In this document: positions 61,477 through 64,000 of the stretch, in pieces
Layout of the letters: every line of letters starts with the position of its first letter
How positions within the stretch are numbered: the first letter of the stretch is position 1
Assembly: GCA_903911145.1 (NCBI GenBank)
Contig: CAIWCD010000032.1
Location: forward strand, 2,448 to 66,447
DNA length: 64,000 nucleotides
Direction: 5' to 3'
Source of the DNA: an uncultured delta proteobacterium
Lineage (GTDB): Bacteria; Myxococcota; Myxococcia; Myxococcales; 40CM-4-68-19
Notes under the pieces: model-generated
What the model was told of the DNA's origin: nothing
Databases searched by the model: none
Seen by the model: only the letters and a program-made list of their open reading frames with translations
Program-made: the position numbers and the translations under genes

Positions 61477-61729
61477 TCGGGATCCCTTTCGTTCAGATCG
61501 ACGGACTGCAAGCAGCCCTGCAACGCAATCGGCGTGCCGCGTCGATCTGGCCGCAGGAGGCACCATGAGGGCGATCTGCCGTCAGGAATCCGCTCGCGCC
61601 AGAGGCGTGACGTGTCATCCTCCCAGCTGGTATAGGGCTGCGGCCGCCGCACTTCGCGCAGAGACGTGGACTGCTCGCTCGGCGAATCCCAACGCAGTCG
61701 AAGCGCCTGTTCGCGCATGAGCTGAATCG

Positions 61730-63121
61730 ATGACCCTTCGCGTCCGAATGATCTCCGCTTGCGTTCTTGCTCTGGTCGTCTCCTCCTGCGGGAACGAGTA
61801 CGGGCCGAACAACCCCGGTGGCGGCAGCGCCGGAGGATCGGGCGGCGGCAGCGCAGGAGGATCTGGCGGCGGCAGCGCGGGCGGATCAGGCGGCGGCAGC
61901 GCAGGAGGGTCTGGCGGCGGCAGCGCAGGAGGATCAGGCGGCGGCAGCGCGGGCGGATCAGGCGGCGGCAGCGCAGGCGGATCAGGCGGCGGCAGCGCGG
62001 GCGGATCAGGCGGCGGCAGCGCAGGCGGTGCTGCGGGCGGCGCTGGTGGCGGCTCTCCGCTCGAACTCGATGGCGGAACGACGATCGTGGTGATGCAGCC
62101 GATCTCGGGAACCTTCGCGCCGACTGCAGGCGCGCTGCACGGCCCCGGTACTCTGCTGATGGGCGGCGGGACCGATGTCGACGCGGCTTTCGTCTGGATG
62201 CACGACACGCTGGCCGGTTCGCCCTCGACGAAGATGGGTAACCTCGTGGTGCTGCGCGCCGACGTGAATACCGACAACGCCTATACGCCGTATATCTACG
62301 CGCTCGCGCCGTTCCAGTCGGTGATGTCGATCTATCTCGGCGGCGCTGGCGGCAATGGCGCGCGCGCGACAACGCGAGACCTCACGATTGCCGCGGCCAT
62401 CGTCGATGCCGCTGATGCCGTCTTCTTCGCAGGCGGAGATCAGGCCGATTACGTCTCGTGGAAAGGAACCGCAGTGATGGACGCGGTCGCGCGTCTCTAT
62501 GCCCGCGGCGGAATCATCGGCGGCACCAGCGCAGGCTGCGTGATTCAAGGCCAGTTCATCTTCGATTCCGTCGCGGCGGATACCACGGGTGCGAGCGTGG
62601 TGACTGCCGACGCGGTGGCGAATCCCTATGAATCGACCATCTCGTTCACGCGCGGGCTGCTCAACAATCCGCAGCTCCCGACCGTGCTGACCGATATGCA
62701 CTTCGTTACGCGCGATCGGTTCGGTCGAATGGCGGCGTTCGTGGCGCGCCAATATGCCGATGGCTTCGCGCCCAGTGGCGTCATCGGGGTTGGTATCGAT
62801 GAATCGAATGCACTGCTGGTTGATAAGAACGGCGTCGCGAAGCTCGTGCAACAACCTGGTGGCAGCGAGGCCTCGTCGGGAACGGGCGCATATATCTTCC
62901 AACCGACCGGCGCGGCCGATACCTGCCAGTCGGGAAAGGCGCTTGTCTACAGCTCGGTGAAAGTCACGCGCCTCTCCGCGCCAGCGACCGACTCGTTCGA
63001 CTTCTCGCGCGGCTGCGGCACGGGCAAGCTGTTCAATCTGACCGTCAACGGCGCTCATCCGTCGAGCCCCTATTCGCCGAGTCCCTACACAACCTCCGGC
63101 AGCGCCACCACCTGCCCCTGA
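61730..63121 (+). CDS. Lipoprotein: Gly/Ser tether plus cyanophycinase-like peptidase S51 / class-I glutamine-amidotransferase-like domain
   Basis: Lipobox LALVVSSC; (GGSAGGSG)n; LMGGGTDVD, FFAGGDQADY, IIGGTSAGCVIQG (GTSAG nucleophile context). Confidence 0.78.
   Translation: MTLRVRMISACVLALVVSSCGNEYGPNNPGGGSAGGSGGGSAGGSGGGSAGGSGGGSAGGSGGGSAGGSGGGSAGGSGGGSAGGSGGGSAGGSGGGSAGGAAGGAGGGSPLELDGGTTIVVMQPISGTFAPTAGALHGPGTLLMGGGTDVDAAFVWMHDTLAGSPSTKMGNLVVLRADVNTDNAYTPYIYALAPFQSVMSIYLGGAGGNGARATTRDLTIAAAIVDAADAVFFAGGDQADYVSWKGTAVMDAVARLYARGGIIGGTSAGCVIQGQFIFDSVAADTTGASVVTADAVANPYESTISFTRGLLNNPQLPTVLTDMHFVTRDRFGRMAAFVARQYADGFAPSGVIGVGIDESNALLVDKNGVAKLVQQPGGSEASSGTGAYIFQPTGAADTCQSGKALVYSSVKVTRLSAPATDSFDFSRGCGTGKLFNLTVNGAHPSSPYSPSPYTTSGSATTCP
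61817..62055. repeat. 24-nt tandem repeat (about 9-10 copies) encoding GGGSAGGS units
   Basis: ggcggcggcagcgc[ag]gg[ac]ggatc[agt] is repeated head to tail, with wobble-position variation only. Confidence 0.9.
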
Positions 63122-63142
63122 TGCATCTCTCGATGATCGCCG

Positions 63143-63194
63143 GTGATTTCACTTCGGGTTGACACATAAATATCGAAGTGATATCACTTTGACA
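63143..63194 (+). promoter_or_regulatory. Candidate sigma-70-type promoter flanked and overlapped by two copies of a GTGAT[T/A]TCACTT palindromic operator-like motif
   Basis: GTGATTTCACTT at 63143-63154. TTGACA at 63159-63164, a 17-bp spacer, then TATCAC at 63182-63187. Perfect 14-bp palindrome AAGTGATATCACTT at 63176-63189. GGGAGG RBS at 63204-63209, ATG at 63219. Confidence 0.5.
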
Positions 63195-63218
63195 TCAGAG
63201 GCAGGGAGGCCTCTCGTC

Positions 63219-64000
63219 ATGGCGAATCAATCCGAGTATCGATCGACCAGCGGATTTCCGTTCCTCGTGCTGGGCATCCTCTTCGTGCTGACCAGCTTCA
63301 TCGCGATCATCGCGCTGGCCGGTCAGCGCGATCCGGCCGCGGCGCCGATTCTCGTCTGCGTGGGCGGGATTCTGCTCGGCGTGCTGCTGCTCGCCGGTCT
63401 CTTCATCGTGCAGCCGAATGAGGGGCGCGTGCTGCAGTTCTTCGGGCATTACATCGGCTGCGCGAGCGAAGCGGGATTGCGCTGGGCGAACCCGTTCTAT
63501 ACCAAGCGCCAACTCAGCCTTCGCGTGCGCAGCTTCGAGGGAAGCAAGCTGAAGGTGAATGACCTCGACGGCAATCCGGTCGAGATCGCCGCCGTGATCA
63601 TGTGGAAGGTGACCAATCCTTTCGACGCGGTCTTTCATGTCGATAACTACGAGAAGTTCGTGCAGACGCAGGCCGAGACCGCCGTGCGCAATCTCGCCAG
63701 CCGCTTCCCGTACGACGTGCACGACGACGAGAAGGTCTCGCTGCGCGGCCAGACCGCGGTGGTGGCGGATCATCTCAAGAGCGAGATCCAGGATCGTCTG
63801 ACGCAGGCGGGAGTTCAGGTGCAGGAGGCGCGCATCAGCCACCTCGCTTATGCGCCGGAGATCGCGCAGGCGATGCTGCAGCGGCAGCAGGCCGGTGCGA
63901 TCATCGCGGCCCGCACGCGCATCGTCGAAGGGGCCGTGGGCATGGTCGAGATGGCGCTGGCGATGCTCAGCCAGAAGAAGGTCGTGGAGCTCGACGAGGA
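63219..64000 (+). CDS. SPFH/Band-7 (stomatin/prohibitin-like) membrane protein (partial; 3' end beyond the window)
   Basis: Own translation (frame open to the window end, so not in the ORF track): [33 protein letters not shown]...[16 protein letters not shown]...[22 protein letters not shown]...[20 protein letters not shown]. Confidence 0.85.
   Translation, partial: MANQSEYRSTSGFPFLVLGILFVLTSFIAIIALAGQRDPAAAPILVCVGGILLGVLLLAGLFIVQPNEGRVLQFFGHYIGCASEAGLRWANPFYTKRQLSLRVRSFEGSKLKVNDLDGNPVEIAAVIMWKVTNPFDAVFHVDNYEKFVQTQAETAVRNLASRFPYDVHDDEKVSLRGQTAVVADHLKSEIQDRLTQAGVQVQEARISHLAYAPEIAQAMLQRQQAGAIIAARTRIVEGAVGMVEMALAMLSQKKVVELDE

Noticed and set aside
63195-63842. 215-aa minus-strand ORF
   Set aside because: It is antisense to the clear SPFH/Band-7 gene that starts at 63219 on the plus strand. 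That gene is missing from the track only because it has no stop within the window.
1-64000. Search for tRNA, rRNA, transposase/integrase genes, prophage or classic defence genes
   Set aside because: I recognised no T-loop/acceptor-like tRNA signatures, rRNA segments, DDE or tyrosine-recombinase motifs, or nuclease/helicase/methylase defence combinations. Absence by eye is not proof; tRNAscan-SE, Infernal and DefenseFinder should be run.

Overview
Very GC-rich, gene-dense chromosomal segment. I call about 54 protein-coding genes. I recognised no rRNA, tRNA, CRISPR array, transposase or integrase. Several sequence-level hallmarks point to a myxobacterium (Myxococcota): two MYXO-CTERM-like sorting tails, a Myxococcus cysteine-rich repeat lipoprotein, an AgmX/PglI-type C-terminal domain on an anti-sigma factor, and many Cys-knot or Gly/Ser-linker lipoproteins. 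The main content is two neighbouring plus-strand biosynthetic operons, separated by the minus-strand genes maeB and a VOC-family gene. (1) 4334-12088: radical SAM, a synthetase-domain-only AsnB-like protein with a degenerate PP-loop, a full AsnB-like amidotransferase, GT1, GT2, a sugar-kinase-like protein and a PIG-L/LmbE deacetylase. (2) 15004-31181: nine translationally coupled genes built around an unusual two-protein iterative PUFA/HglE/enediyne-PKSE-like type I PKS. Protein 1 is ER-KS-AT-ACP-KR and protein 2 is KS-AT-DH-PPTase. They are followed by a discrete ACP, two alpha/beta hydrolases, a second GT1, an LCMT/TcmP-type methyltransferase and a hexapeptide-repeat protein. My best candidate for an undescribed system is a glycosylated (possibly aminosugar- or amide-decorated) polyketide lipid made by these two operons together. 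The rest of the window carries housekeeping genes (maeB, purU) and three GGDEF diguanylate cyclases in distinct contexts (LMW-PTP/FHA-linked, stand-alone, HAMP plus orphan PhnD-like binding protein). It also carries an ECF sigma/anti-sigma module behind a Cys-rich lipoprotein, a GMC oxidoreductase operon, outer-membrane and secreted proteins, and an SPFH gene preceded by a conspicuous AT-rich double palindrome. All calls rest on motif recognition in the supplied translations and my own reading of the DNA. No database search was run, and start codons are best guesses from overlaps and RBS-like sequences.
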